DNA from: Nitrospirota bacterium
Lineage (GTDB): Bacteria; Nitrospirota; Nitrospiria; Nitrospirales; Nitrospiraceae
NCBI GenBank assembly: GCA_963701855.1
Contig: CAVPBK010000006.1
Location: forward strand, 1,312,001 to 1,376,000
Reading direction: 5' to 3'
Length of the DNA stretch: 64,000 nt
The notes beneath the pieces were generated by a model, which worked only from the letters and a program-made list of their open reading frames with translations, searched no databases and was not told where the DNA came from. Position 1 is the first letter of the stretch, and each line of letters opens with the position of its first letter. Shown piece after piece: positions 9,080 through 18,356 of the stretch. Made by a program: the position numbers and the translations under genes.

Positions 9080-9730
9080 ATGTGGCCATTCCCATTGGCG
9101 TTCTTAGTTTTCTTCTCGTTGTCGCTTGCCTTCATGATTGTATTGTTGCAACCTGGCTGGGCTGCAGCCGCTGAGACCGCCGACGTAGATGCTGGTCTAT
9201 ACACACTGGGTGCATTTCCATCAGATCAAGGTCTCTTCGCCCAGGGGGGCAACCCCTCGGACACCAGGATCACGAATGGCGTGGGAGCCGGTATCAAGGG
9301 CGCAGTCTTCCCGCACGATTTGGGAAACATCGTCGGGATCGGCTTGGAGATATTTGGCCACGGGAGTGAGATCACATTTTCGCCGGCGCAGGCCGGGTCT
9401 CGTTCCAGTACAAACCTCTGGGTCTTCGGTTCGATGGTGAATCTGACTCTTCGCTACCCCGGGAAGACGTTTGTCCCTTACATCGGTGTCGGGGGTGGTT
9501 ATTCGAGCGGAGTGCTCACCCATGCCAACATCCCGGGTCGTTCGGACCGTGATTTTGAAGGTTCATGGACGTTCGGCTATCAATTCTTTGGCGGGCTGCA
9601 AGGTAATCTGACCGAAAAGGTGTTTCTGTTCAGCGAGTACAAGTACTTCTCTGCCGACTATCACTGGGAGCAGCTCGCGCTGGATTTTCGCTCCCAGTAC
9701 GCCTTGTTTGGCATCGGGCTACGTTTCTAA
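9080..9730 (+). CDS. Outer-membrane beta-barrel protein (OmpW/porin-like)
   Basis: Signal peptide, PYIGVGGG, EYKYF, terminal GIGLRF. Confidence 0.8.
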   Translation: MWPFPLAFLVFFSLSLAFMIVLLQPGWAAAAETADVDAGLYTLGAFPSDQGLFAQGGNPSDTRITNGVGAGIKGAVFPHDLGNIVGIGLEIFGHGSEITFSPAQAGSRSSTNLWVFGSMVNLTLRYPGKTFVPYIGVGGGYSSGVLTHANIPGRSDRDFEGSWTFGYQFFGGLQGNLTEKVFLFSEYKYFSADYHWEQLALDFRSQYALFGIGLRF

Positions 9731-9756
9731 GTCGTTGTTCTCTGAAGTAGTACACG

Positions 9757-10518
9757 ATGAGCATCCTCGATCAATTCTTCGTCTATCACCCAGAGCCATG
9801 GAAGGATCAGGATTGGAAAGCCCGCAGTGGGTTGCCGCTTGAAGAGGTTTGGTTTCAGTCGGGGGACGGGACGAAGCTGTTCGGCTGGTACGTTGAGGCT
9901 CAGGCTGATCGTCCTGTCATACTCTGGTGTCACGGCAACGCGGGGAACATCATCAACCGGCTGGAGAATTTGCGCGAACTCTACCGGATCGGATTGTCCG
10001 TCTTCATTTTCGACTATCGTGGGTATGGACGCAGCCAAGGGTCTCCTTCTGAGGAGGGGCTTTATCAGGATGCGCTGGGGGCGCACGATTACCTCACGCG
10101 AACCAGGATGATTCGCTCTGAGCGCATCGTCATCTTCGGGCGCTCACTCGGCGCGGCTGTCGCGGGGGAGCTTGCTGAGCAGAAGCCTGCCGTGGGGTTG
10201 ATTCTCGAATCGGCATTTCCGTCTATCGGCGCTGTGGCCAAGTTCCATTACGGCGGGTTGCCGGTCCATTGGCTGCTCGGAGCAGATTTTGCGTTGATTG
10301 ATCGCCTTCCGCAGCTCTCGCTTCCAAAGCTGATCATTCACGGCGACAAAGACGACATCATCCCCCTTGAGCTAGGCAGGCAAGTCTTCGAGGCAGCTAA
10401 GCCACCCAAATCCTTCTATGTTATTGAAGGCGCCGACCATAACAACACCTACCAGGTCGGGGGCCCGGCCTATTTCCGCCGATGGGCAGAGTTTGTTCAA
10501 ACCGCCATCCGGTCCTAG
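9757..10518 (+). CDS. Alpha/beta hydrolase (ABHD13/BEM46-like)
   Basis: CHGNAGN, DYRGYGRS, GRSLG nucleophile, HGDKD, GADH. Confidence 0.9.
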   Translation: MSILDQFFVYHPEPWKDQDWKARSGLPLEEVWFQSGDGTKLFGWYVEAQADRPVILWCHGNAGNIINRLENLRELYRIGLSVFIFDYRGYGRSQGSPSEEGLYQDALGAHDYLTRTRMIRSERIVIFGRSLGAAVAGELAEQKPAVGLILESAFPSIGAVAKFHYGGLPVHWLLGADFALIDRLPQLSLPKLIIHGDKDDIIPLELGRQVFEAAKPPKSFYVIEGADHNNTYQVGGPAYFRRWAEFVQTAIRS

Positions 10519-10713
10519 CAGGACGCTAGGAAAGTCCGCCAGCCAGTCTTGTTCATTTGGTCTGTTCGGTCTGTCTAATCTATCTCGTTTATTTGGTTTG
10601 TCTTGTTTATTTGGTTGAACCAGACTAACCGGATAAACCAGATAGACCAGATAACCAGACAGACCGGGCTTGTCTCAGACGTGCGGGCCACCAAGTTTTT
10701 GGCGTGTCAGAGT
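10516..10713. repeat. Family A repeat variant carrying a 9-mer-period imperfect palindrome
   Basis: Left end TAGCAGGACGCTAGGAAAGTCCGCCAGC, then TTTGGTCTG-like units mirrored by CCAGATAAA/CCAGATAGA units, then a segment similar to 42557-42600. Confidence 0.65.
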
Positions 10714-10830
10714 CACTGCTATCCGACTTACCAACCTGGGCCGGCCTGCTGGGGCATGAGCGCCTCCTCCGGTAGGGGCTGGAACGGCTGATGGAGCCAC
10801 GTCCACAGATCCCGCTGGGTAAACCAGCCA
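10714..10830 (-). mobile_element. Possible 3' remnant of an IS4-family element
   Basis: Minus strand reads FTQRDLWTWLHQPFQ, like recalled IS4 transposase C-termini, then ...GGATAGCAGTG, which is TIR-like. Confidence 0.4.
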
Positions 10831-11057
10831 GGATCTTCTTAGTCACTCACATCAGCATAGCCACCGCTAGCAACATCTTTAAGGAATTGATCAATAAAGA
10901 ACTGACTAAAAAGATGATTGGTGATACGGTCATTACGAGCCCGCTGATGACGCGCTAGAGCAGGGCCACGGCTGTAAATGACTACGGCCGGTGACGGTGT
11001 CAGGGCGAGATATCCGGAGATCGTCTGGATCGTGCGTATGATGAAAGAGAGGCCTGT

Positions 11058-12683
11058 ATGTCGGTGTCTTCGATGCTCCTCGTTCCGACGGTCACCGTAC
11101 AGACATTCCGCCCGGCGAACGCCCGGCGCATCCTTTGCGTCTTTCCCGCCTACACGAAGGCCTTCGGCACTTTCGATCACGCCTTTCCCCTGATGGGACC
11201 TGTCAAGGCCTTCATGCCGCCCCAGGGGATCCTCCTCATCGCGGCGCTCGTGCCACGGGAATGGCAGGTCCGGTTCGTTGACGAGAACATCCGCCCCGTG
11301 ACGGAGAGCGAGTTCGCCTGGGCCGACGCCGTCCTCGTGTCGGGCATGCACATCCAGCGCAGGCAGATTCTCGACCTCGCGCACCGCGCGCACCGCGCAG
11401 GCAAGGTGATCGCTCTCGGTGGGCCCTCGGTCTCCGCGGCGCCCGAGGACTATCCGGAGATTGATCTCCTCCACTGCGGCGAGGTGGGCGACGGGACGCT
11501 CGATCTGTTCCGCCGGCTCGACGAGACTGCGGCGCGCCCCGAGCGGCAGATCGTGTACCGCACAGTCGACCGCCTTCCGATGACCCAGTTCCCGACGCCA
11601 GCCTATCGCCTGATCGATGTCCGCCAGTACCTGCTCGGGTGCGTCCAGTATTCCAGCGGCTGTCCCTTCACCTGCGAGTTCTGCGACATCCCCGCGCTCT
11701 ACGGGAGAAACCCAAGGCTCAAGAGCCCGCAGCAGATTCTGGTCGAGCTCGATGAACTCGCCGACGGCGGGACGCCGTCGATCTACTTCGTGGACGACAA
11801 CTTCATCGGGAATCCCCGGGCCGCGCTGGACCTCCTGCCGCACCTCGTCGAGTGGCAGCGGCGCCGTGACTATACGGTTCGCCTCTCTTGCGAGCTCACG
11901 TTGAACGTCGCCGAGTACCCGGAGATCCTGAAGCTCATGCGCGAGGCGTTCATGACAAATGTCTTCTGCGGCATCGAGACGGTGGACCCGGACGCCCTGC
12001 GAGCCATGAGCAAGAGGCAGAACCTCCGCACACCGATCCTTCAATCCGTGGACACGATCAACAGTTACGGGATCGAAGTCGCCGCCGGGATCATTGTCGG
12101 GCTGGACACCGACACTCCGGAGACGACGGACGCAATCCTGGAATTCATTGAGGCTGCCCAGATCCCGATCGTGACGCCGAACCTGCTCGTCGCCCTGCCG
12201 CACACACCGCTCTACAAGCGGCTCCAGGAGGCAACCCGCCTGAACTCAGGCGAAGGGCGCGACTCGAACATCGAGTACCTACAGCCCTACGAGACCGTGG
12301 TGGCGAACTGGAAGCGGGTGATCCGCGAGACGTACGAGCCACGAAAGATCTACGCGCGCTATGCCACGCAGGCGAAGAAGACGTACCTGCACCGCAAGCG
12401 GCCGGTGCGCCCGCTGGACCAGCTCACCTGGGCCAACGTCCGGCGCGCAGTCGAGGTCTTCTCGCGCACCGCCTGGCGGGTCGGGATCTGTAGCGATTAC
12501 CGGAAAGAGTTCTGGAAGATGACCTGGCGGGAACTGCGCCAGGGTAACGTCGAGTCGGTGTTCCAGATCGCAATGGTAGGGCACCACCTGATTACATTTG
12601 GCCGCGAGTGCCTCACCCGCGACGTGCAGGCCTCTGCCTATTCCGCCCGCGGCCGCGAGGAACGCGCTCTGGTGGCCCGGTGA
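11058..12683 (+). CDS. hpnP: Hopanoid C-2 methylase (B12-binding radical SAM)
   Basis: RRILCVFPAYTKAFGTF..., FMPPQG, FVDENIR, SGMHIQR, GGPSVS, CPFTCEFCDIP, LYGRNPRLK, DDNFIGN, HHLI...ASAYS; collinear with recalled HpnP. Confidence 0.85.
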   Translation: MSVSSMLLVPTVTVQTFRPANARRILCVFPAYTKAFGTFDHAFPLMGPVKAFMPPQGILLIAALVPREWQVRFVDENIRPVTESEFAWADAVLVSGMHIQRRQILDLAHRAHRAGKVIALGGPSVSAAPEDYPEIDLLHCGEVGDGTLDLFRRLDETAARPERQIVYRTVDRLPMTQFPTPAYRLIDVRQYLLGCVQYSSGCPFTCEFCDIPALYGRNPRLKSPQQILVELDELADGGTPSIYFVDDNFIGNPRAALDLLPHLVEWQRRRDYTVRLSCELTLNVAEYPEILKLMREAFMTNVFCGIETVDPDALRAMSKRQNLRTPILQSVDTINSYGIEVAAGIIVGLDTDTPETTDAILEFIEAAQIPIVTPNLLVALPHTPLYKRLQEATRLNSGEGRDSNIEYLQPYETVVANWKRVIRETYEPRKIYARYATQAKKTYLHRKRPVRPLDQLTWANVRRAVEVFSRTAWRVGICSDYRKEFWKMTWRELRQGNVESVFQIAMVGHHLITFGRECLTRDVQASAYSARGREERALVAR

Positions 12684-12889
12684 CAGGATCGTGCCTTTGA
12701 AGAGAGCGGCTCGAACACCCTCGAGAATCCCTCATAGATCATCGACTGCCCAAAGTAAAAAAACTGATTGGAGATCGCCTCGGCATTTGGTACAGTGCGC
12801 GTCGGCAAAGCCGGTGACCTATGTAGAGGTGCGGCTTGATGGCGGTGGAAGTAGACGTTTTCATGAGCGATGTAGGTTAAGGAGGCCGG

Positions 12890-13768
12890 GTGATAATTCC
12901 CTTTCGTCTGTTGGCGTTCTGTCTGCTGGGTATCGCGACGATGTTTGCCACCGGCTGTGCTGGGAAAACCGGCACAGTGAAGCCACAGGGGCTGAACGAT
13001 GAGAGGCCAGTATCGGATCAGCCTCCGGCGCCGGCTCCTTCGCTACCGCCAAAGACTCAATCAGACGAACCGTTTGACCCTTTTGCCAAGGCCGAAGAGG
13101 GAGGCTTTGAAGAGTATGATCCCTGGGAACGGGCGAACACCGGCATATTCGAATTCAACCGCCAGGTCGATCGATTTGTGCTGAAGCCGGTGGCGAAGGG
13201 CTATAATTTCGTCATGCCCGACCTGGTCCAAGTCGGCATCAGCAACATCTTTTCCAATCTCCGGTTCGCTCCACGCTTTTTGAACAATGTGTTTCAGGGC
13301 AAGGTCAAAGGCGCCGGCATCGAAATGGGGCGGTTCCTGATCAATAGCACGGTAGGATTGGCCGGGTTTTTCGATCCCGCGAAACATATCGACCTCGTCA
13401 CACCGGAAGAAGACCTGGGACAGACGCTTGGATTCTATGGCGTTAAGCCAGGCCCCTATATAGTTTTGCCGCTGCTTCCGCCCTTCACCGTTCGGGATTT
13501 TGTTGGATATATCGGCGACGTGTTTCTCAATCCGATCAACTGGATGGTCGTACCCATCATTGAAGTCGACGGCATACCCTCCGTGATCGAACACAAGAAC
13601 CGTATGACGTCGAGCATCATCCAGACTGGGTCCCGCGTGGGAGAGGTCATCAATGAACGGTCGCGGAATCTCGAAAAGTTCCAGGGAGTCGAGGAAGCGA
13701 CGTTGGATCTTTATACCGCCGTGCGCAACGCGTATCTGCAGAAGCGCGCCCAGGCAATCCGGGAATAG
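12890..13768 (+). CDS. mlaA: VacJ/MlaA family lipoprotein
   Basis: Lipobox ATGC; DPWERANTGIFEFN, RFLINSTVGLAG, EDLGQTLG, GPYIVLP, YTAVRNAYLQKR. Confidence 0.9.
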   Translation: MIIPFRLLAFCLLGIATMFATGCAGKTGTVKPQGLNDERPVSDQPPAPAPSLPPKTQSDEPFDPFAKAEEGGFEEYDPWERANTGIFEFNRQVDRFVLKPVAKGYNFVMPDLVQVGISNIFSNLRFAPRFLNNVFQGKVKGAGIEMGRFLINSTVGLAGFFDPAKHIDLVTPEEDLGQTLGFYGVKPGPYIVLPLLPPFTVRDFVGYIGDVFLNPINWMVVPIIEVDGIPSVIEHKNRMTSSIIQTGSRVGEVINERSRNLEKFQGVEEATLDLYTAVRNAYLQKRAQAIRE

Positions 13769-13771
13769 AGA

Positions 13772-13836
13772 AGTGCTGAGTGCTGAGAACAAGAAGCGAG
13801 TAGACACTTAGCACTCAGCACTCATTGCTCAGCACT
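13772..13836. repeat. Empty 7-mer (GTGCTGA/TCAGCAC) inverted tandem repeat
   Basis: AGTGCTGAGTGCTGAG...TTAGCACTCAGCACTCATTGCTCAGCACT between convergent genes. Confidence 0.75.
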
Positions 13837-15025
13837 AGGTAATCACGCCCAGTCCCCGACCGACTGTGGCGAAGGCGGCGCCGGCTCGCACAAGCTGTTC
13901 ATGGGTGTGGGCTGCGGACATCTGCACGCGAATCCGTGCCTGACCTTCCGGTACAACCGGATAGCTGAACCCCACGACATAGATCCCTTCCTCCAACAGC
14001 CGCTCTGCCATCCTGGTGGCGAGCGAGGCGTCACCCAGCATGATCGGGATGATGGGATGTTCGCCGGGAATGAGTCGAAATCCAAGGACGGTGAGTTGCG
14101 CGCGGAAGAAGGCTGCGTTCTCGCGCAGTCTGGCCCGTAACTGGTCGCCTTGGGCCACGAGTATCACAGCCCGCCGAGCCGCCGCGGCGATGACCGGGGG
14201 GAGTGAATTCGAAAACAAGTAGGGTCGCGACCGCTGCCGCAACAGTTCGACGATTTCCTTTCGTCCGGAAGTAAACCCGCCTGTTGCGCCCCCCAATGTC
14301 TTTCCCAGTGTGCTGGTGACGATCTCGATTCTGTCGGCGACGCCGAAATGGTCCGGCGTGCCGCGCCCGTTGTGCCCGAGCACGCCGGTCGCGTGACTAT
14401 CGTCCACGATCACCGCGGCATCGTATCTCTCCGCCAGCTCGACGATCCGATCGAGTTTCGCGAGATCGCCATCCATGGAGAAGACTCCGTCCGTCGCGAT
14501 CAGACGAAGGCGATAGGATGCTGCGTCGCGCAACTTGCCTTCCAGGTCCGTCATATCGGAGTGCGCGTAGCGGAGCCTGGTGGCCTTGCAGAGCCGGATG
14601 CCGTCGATCAAGCTGGCGTGGTTCAAGGCGTCGCTGATGACGGCGTCTTGCTCGCCGAGTAGCACCTCAAAGAGTCCGCCGTTGGCGTCGAAGCAGGAAC
14701 TATAGAGGATTGTGTCCTCGGTGCCCAGGAACGTGCTGATCGCCTGTTCGAGTTGTGTATGGAGATCCTGCGTGCCGCAGATGAACCGTACGGAGGCCAT
14801 GCCGTAGCCATGTTCTTGCAGTCCGGTGGCGGCGGCCTGTCTGATGTCCGGGTGGTTGGCGAGCCCTAGATAGTTGTTGGCGCAGAGATTGAGGACTTCA
14901 CCTTGCGCCACGCGAATCTCGGCCCCCTGCGGACCGAGGATCTGCCGCTCGGATTTATAGAGGCCTGCCGCGCGAATTTCAGCGAGTCGCTCCGAAACAG
15001 TTTTTTTGAATGAGTCGTAGGCCAT
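13835..15025 (-). CDS. kbl: Glycine C-acetyltransferase
   Basis: [48 protein letters not shown]. Confidence 0.95.
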   Translation of the reverse strand: MAYDSFKKTVSERLAEIRAAGLYKSERQILGPQGAEIRVAQGEVLNLCANNYLGLANHPDIRQAAATGLQEHGYGMASVRFICGTQDLHTQLEQAISTFLGTEDTILYSSCFDANGGLFEVLLGEQDAVISDALNHASLIDGIRLCKATRLRYAHSDMTDLEGKLRDAASYRLRLIATDGVFSMDGDLAKLDRIVELAERYDAAVIVDDSHATGVLGHNGRGTPDHFGVADRIEIVTSTLGKTLGGATGGFTSGRKEIVELLRQRSRPYLFSNSLPPVIAAAARRAVILVAQGDQLRARLRENAAFFRAQLTVLGFRLIPGEHPIIPIMLGDASLATRMAERLLEEGIYVVGFSYPVVPEGQARIRVQMSAAHTHEQLVRAGAAFATVGRGLGVIT

Positions 15026-15106
15026 GGATCGTACTCACGAGCCGCGCGCGAAATGGAGTGTACGCTAGTCGCGCCTTTCTCGCATGTCTCGCCCATCGCG
15101 CGTTGG

Positions 15107-16141
15107 TTATGGGAACAAGACCACTTTCCCGCATTGGCCGGAATTGATCAACTCGAATCCCTGGGCGAAGTCTTTCATGGGAAAGGTATGGGTGATCACC
15201 GGCTTGATATTGAGTCCGGCCTGGAAGAGGCCGGTCAAGCGGTACCAGGTTTTGAAGAGTCGGCGGCCTGTAATGCCGTAGACGCGAATCCCCTTAAAAA
15301 TAATTTCATTTGCGAGATCGCAATTGATCGGGCCGGTCGGAATGCCGAAGAGTGTGACGCGTCCGCCGTTCTTCACGGCACTGAAGGCTTGATGCAGTGC
15401 CGCAGGGTTCCCCGACATTTCGAGCGAGGCGTCGACGCCTTCGCCTGCCGTGATCTCGCGAATGGCGGCGGCGATCCGGTCCGCCGTCTCGGTCTTGGCG
15501 TCGAGCAGATGATCGGCGCCGACTTGTTTGGCCAGGTTCAGGCGGTACGCACTGACATCCGTGGCAATGATCATGGCGGCGCCGGCCGTTCGTGCGACGG
15601 CGGCCGCAAAGAGTCCTGTCGGACCGCAGCCGGTGATCAAGACTGTCTGTCCCGTGAGGTCTTCGACTAAGGCGGCGTCGACGGCGTTTCCGAGCGGTTC
15701 CTGGAGGCAGGCGAGTTCAGAGGGAATGGTGGGCGAAGTTTTCCAGAGCACTGTTTCAGGCAAGGCAACGTATTCTGCAAACGAACCGTCGCGATCAACG
15801 CCGAGGATGCGGTAATGCTTGCACACATGTGCTTGCCCGGTGCGGCATTGGAAGCATTGACCGCATGTGATGTGCGACTCAGCGGCGACGTAATCGCCCA
15901 CCTTGACGAGCGTGACATCCGAGCCGACTTCCACGACTTCGCCGCACATTTCATGGCCAATGATGCGCGGCGGGTGGATGCGGCTATGCGCCCAGGGATC
16001 CCAATTGTAAATATGGGCATCCGTCCCGCAGAGAGAGGTGGCGGTGACGCAGATAATGGCATCGGTAGAGCCCGGTTTCGGATCCGGCCTGTCGGTGGCG
16101 GTCAATCCTGGTTGTGCCGATGTCTTAACGAGCGCACGCAT
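15107..16141 (-). CDS. tdh: L-threonine 3-dehydrogenase
   Basis: CGTDAHIYNWD, GHEMCG, CxxCxxC, YGITGR, GKVVL; upstream of kbl. Confidence 0.9.
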   Translation of the reverse strand: MRALVKTSAQPGLTATDRPDPKPGSTDAIICVTATSLCGTDAHIYNWDPWAHSRIHPPRIIGHEMCGEVVEVGSDVTLVKVGDYVAAESHITCGQCFQCRTGQAHVCKHYRILGVDRDGSFAEYVALPETVLWKTSPTIPSELACLQEPLGNAVDAALVEDLTGQTVLITGCGPTGLFAAAVARTAGAAMIIATDVSAYRLNLAKQVGADHLLDAKTETADRIAAAIREITAGEGVDASLEMSGNPAALHQAFSAVKNGGRVTLFGIPTGPINCDLANEIIFKGIRVYGITGRRLFKTWYRLTGLFQAGLNIKPVITHTFPMKDFAQGFELINSGQCGKVVLFP

Positions 16142-16187
16142 GAGTCCATTGTATACCACGATCTCGATCCCGCCTACTCTTAACACG

Positions 16188-16296
16188 CAGCGAGAAGGTA
16201 GGTTGAGGTTGAGCGAAGATCAGACTCTCTTTATCTCAACCTTAGCCTGAACCTCAACCTTCTTCGCGCTGGCGGACTCTTTCAGCATCTTGTTAG
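16188..16296. repeat. 6-mer-period palindrome (GGTTGA/TCAACC) joined to a Family A terminus
   Basis: GAAGGTAGGTTGAGGTTGAG...CTCAACCTTAGCCTGAACCTCAACCTTC, then GCTGGCGGACTCTTTCAGCATCTTGTTAG. Confidence 0.65.
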
Positions 16297-16335
16297 AGAA
16301 AAAACGAGTTGCCCAAGGTCTGCGAGATCGGTAGG

Positions 16336-17511
16336 ATGAGACCTATGAAGGCTCTGCATTACCGAGGGCTAGCCCGCATGATTCATGAACACTTCTGCCG
16401 CAATCGCCAATCCGCTGCTGCGAGGGGCCTTCGGCCTGCCGGCTCGCCCCTCGGCCCCTCACCGTATTACACGAGTACGCATCGGGGCCTCAGGGCTCCG
16501 CGCGCCGATCTCGCGACGAACCGTCATAAATCATGCAGGCTTGTTCTGTTGGCGGGGATATGTTGCGTGGCACTCTGTTGTCCCGGCCTCGTCGAACCAG
16601 CACACTCCGAATTATCGCCACAGACGACATCCTCTCCTGGTCCCCCGAAGCGGTGGGCACAGTTCGAGTTGAGCCAAGCGGAGTCGATGGGAGATCCGCA
16701 AACCGGCAAGTCTGTCACGCTGACGGTTTTTCTTGGAGGCGTGACAGCGGGTATGACTCCGGTGGTGGCGACCAGTGAATCGATTATGTTTCAGACTCAA
16801 ACGGTCACGCTTGAACCGGATGCAGAGTCGATGGCGTTGAAGGGGACAGTTTTGCTCGAACCGATCCTGATGAGTCGGACCTCCGTCCCACCCAGGGCGG
16901 CGCGCGTGCAAGTGACGTTTTCTCGATCCCGCCAGGACAGACTCGAACCTTTCATGCGCCGGGTCGTGTATGTGACTATGGGTCCGCTAGAGCCGGCCAA
17001 AGAGAATAGTGAATCCCCGCCTGTTCGTCTCGATGAATCTCAGAGTGGGGATGTCATCTTGGATGAAGTACAACCGGCAGTGGAACCGGTCTCGGCCGGC
17101 GCCTTAGCAGAAGAAGATCTAGTCCCGTTTGCCTCTCCGGGGGAGGGGAAGGCCTACTGGCAACATGTGAGCCACCTCATCAGCCGGAGTTGGGCTCGCC
17201 AGATCCGTGGAGTCCGGCGTACACCCAGCAGCGAAACGGTGAAGGTCCGCTTCAAGATGTTTCCCAATGGCCGCGCCCAGCTGATCGAGATTGAGAAAGG
17301 CTCCGGAGCGCGCGAGGTCGACGAAGCCGGAGTGTATGCCGTGATCAATGCCCAACCGTTCCTGCCGTTCCCCGGTGAGTTGGAAGAGGGTGTGGTGGAC
17401 GTGCATGTCCGGATGCGAACCGGCAGTCGGGGACGGTCTCGCGAAGTGCAGTCGGTCGGGAGTCGGTCAACCAGCAAGCCCGATGCATCGGGCCAGCCTT
17501 CGAAGAGGTAG
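16336..17511 (+). CDS. Secreted protein with TonB C-terminal domain; in-frame repeat insertion in the signal peptide
   Basis: C-terminal YWQHV..LISRSW...VKVRFKMFPNG...SG..EVDEAGV.AV..AQPFLPFP (TonB_C/TolA-like). Confidence 0.75.
   Translation: MRPMKALHYRGLARMIHEHFCRNRQSAAARGLRPAGSPLGPSPYYTSTHRGLRAPRADLATNRHKSCRLVLLAGICCVALCCPGLVEPAHSELSPQTTSSPGPPKRWAQFELSQAESMGDPQTGKSVTLTVFLGGVTAGMTPVVATSESIMFQTQTVTLEPDAESMALKGTVLLEPILMSRTSVPPRAARVQVTFSRSRQDRLEPFMRRVVYVTMGPLEPAKENSESPPVRLDESQSGDVILDEVQPAVEPVSAGALAEEDLVPFASPGEGKAYWQHVSHLISRSWARQIRGVRRTPSSETVKVRFKMFPNGRAQLIEIEKGSGAREVDEAGVYAVINAQPFLPFPGELEEGVVDVHVRMRTGSRGRSREVQSVGSRSTSKPDASGQPSKR
16371..16541. mobile_element. 171-bp MITE-like element inserted in frame in a CDS
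   Basis: Left end AGCCCGCATGATTCATGA versus reverse complement of right end AGCCTGCATGATTTATGA; length is a multiple of 3 with no stop. Confidence 0.75.
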
Positions 17512-17561
17512 GGTGCAACCTGCTCAGGCCCCATGTGCGATATAACCAGGAGAAGTGATTC

Positions 17562-18173
17562 ATGCTGAAGAGAAGAGGATGGAATTGGCGAGTGCTCTTG
17601 CTGTTCGTGGCGATGCTCTGGTTCCCGTTGGTGGTTCACGCAGAACCAGCTCGGTGGAACTTGGACCCTGAGCATTCGACAATTGAGTTTCGCGTCACGC
17701 ACATGGTCGTGTCGAAGACCACAGGCCGGTTCACGGACTATGCCGGATTTATCGACATGGATGCCGAATCCGGTACAGTGACGGCCGTTGAGGCTACGAT
17801 CAAGGCCGGGTCGGTGAATACGAATCACGAAAAACGGGATGCCCACTTGCGGAATGCCGACTTTCTTGATGTAGAACACTATCCGACAATGACCTTCAAG
17901 CTGAAGAGCTACAAGAAAACCGCAGAGAGCTTTACGGCGGTAGGAGACCTCACGCTACGTGGGGTGACCAAGGAAATCACACTGATGGGCCGTTTTAACG
18001 GGGCGACGAAGGACCCCTGGGGCAATACCAGGGCCGGCTTCAGCGCGGATGGGAAACTCAACCGCAAAGATTTCGGCCTGGTTTGGAACAAGACCTTGGA
18101 TAGCGGTGGGCTCGTTGTGGGCGACGAGGTGCAGATTAGGCTCGAGATTGAATGTATCAAGGCGAAGCCCTGA
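17562..18173 (+). CDS. YceI family protein
   Basis: Signal peptide, WNLDPEHSTIEFRVTH, RDAHLRNADF, DPWGNTRAGF, NRKDFG. Confidence 0.95.
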   Translation: MLKRRGWNWRVLLLFVAMLWFPLVVHAEPARWNLDPEHSTIEFRVTHMVVSKTTGRFTDYAGFIDMDAESGTVTAVEATIKAGSVNTNHEKRDAHLRNADFLDVEHYPTMTFKLKSYKKTAESFTAVGDLTLRGVTKEITLMGRFNGATKDPWGNTRAGFSADGKLNRKDFGLVWNKTLDSGGLVVGDEVQIRLEIECIKAKP

Positions 18174-18298
18174 CAGGCTGCTGAAAAAGGCCCCCAACTT
18201 CGTTCTCGGTTCGTCACAATCCTCAACGCACCCGAGAGGGTGCGCCTCCGGTTGTGACTCCCCTGCGGCCTCTTGGATGACCTTTTCGAGCAGCCTGT
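18171..18298. repeat. Family A MITE-like repeat (short form)
   Basis: ACAGGCTGCTGAAAAAGG...CCTTTTCGAGCAGCCTGT termini, central CGCACCC-GAGA-GGGTGCG hairpin. Confidence 0.8.
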
Positions 18299-18356
18299 GT
18301 TGTGTTCGTCCGCTTGGGCGCGGCTCACCATCGGCCAATTTCCCTGAGAGGAATCA

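Noticed and set aside
10545..10665. Short tandem repeats as a possible CRISPR array
   Set aside because: Units are ~9 nt and degenerate with no unique spacers; no cas genes in the window.
10839..12203. 454-aa minus-strand ORF
   Set aside because: Antisense shadow of the GC-rich hpnP gene; no motifs.
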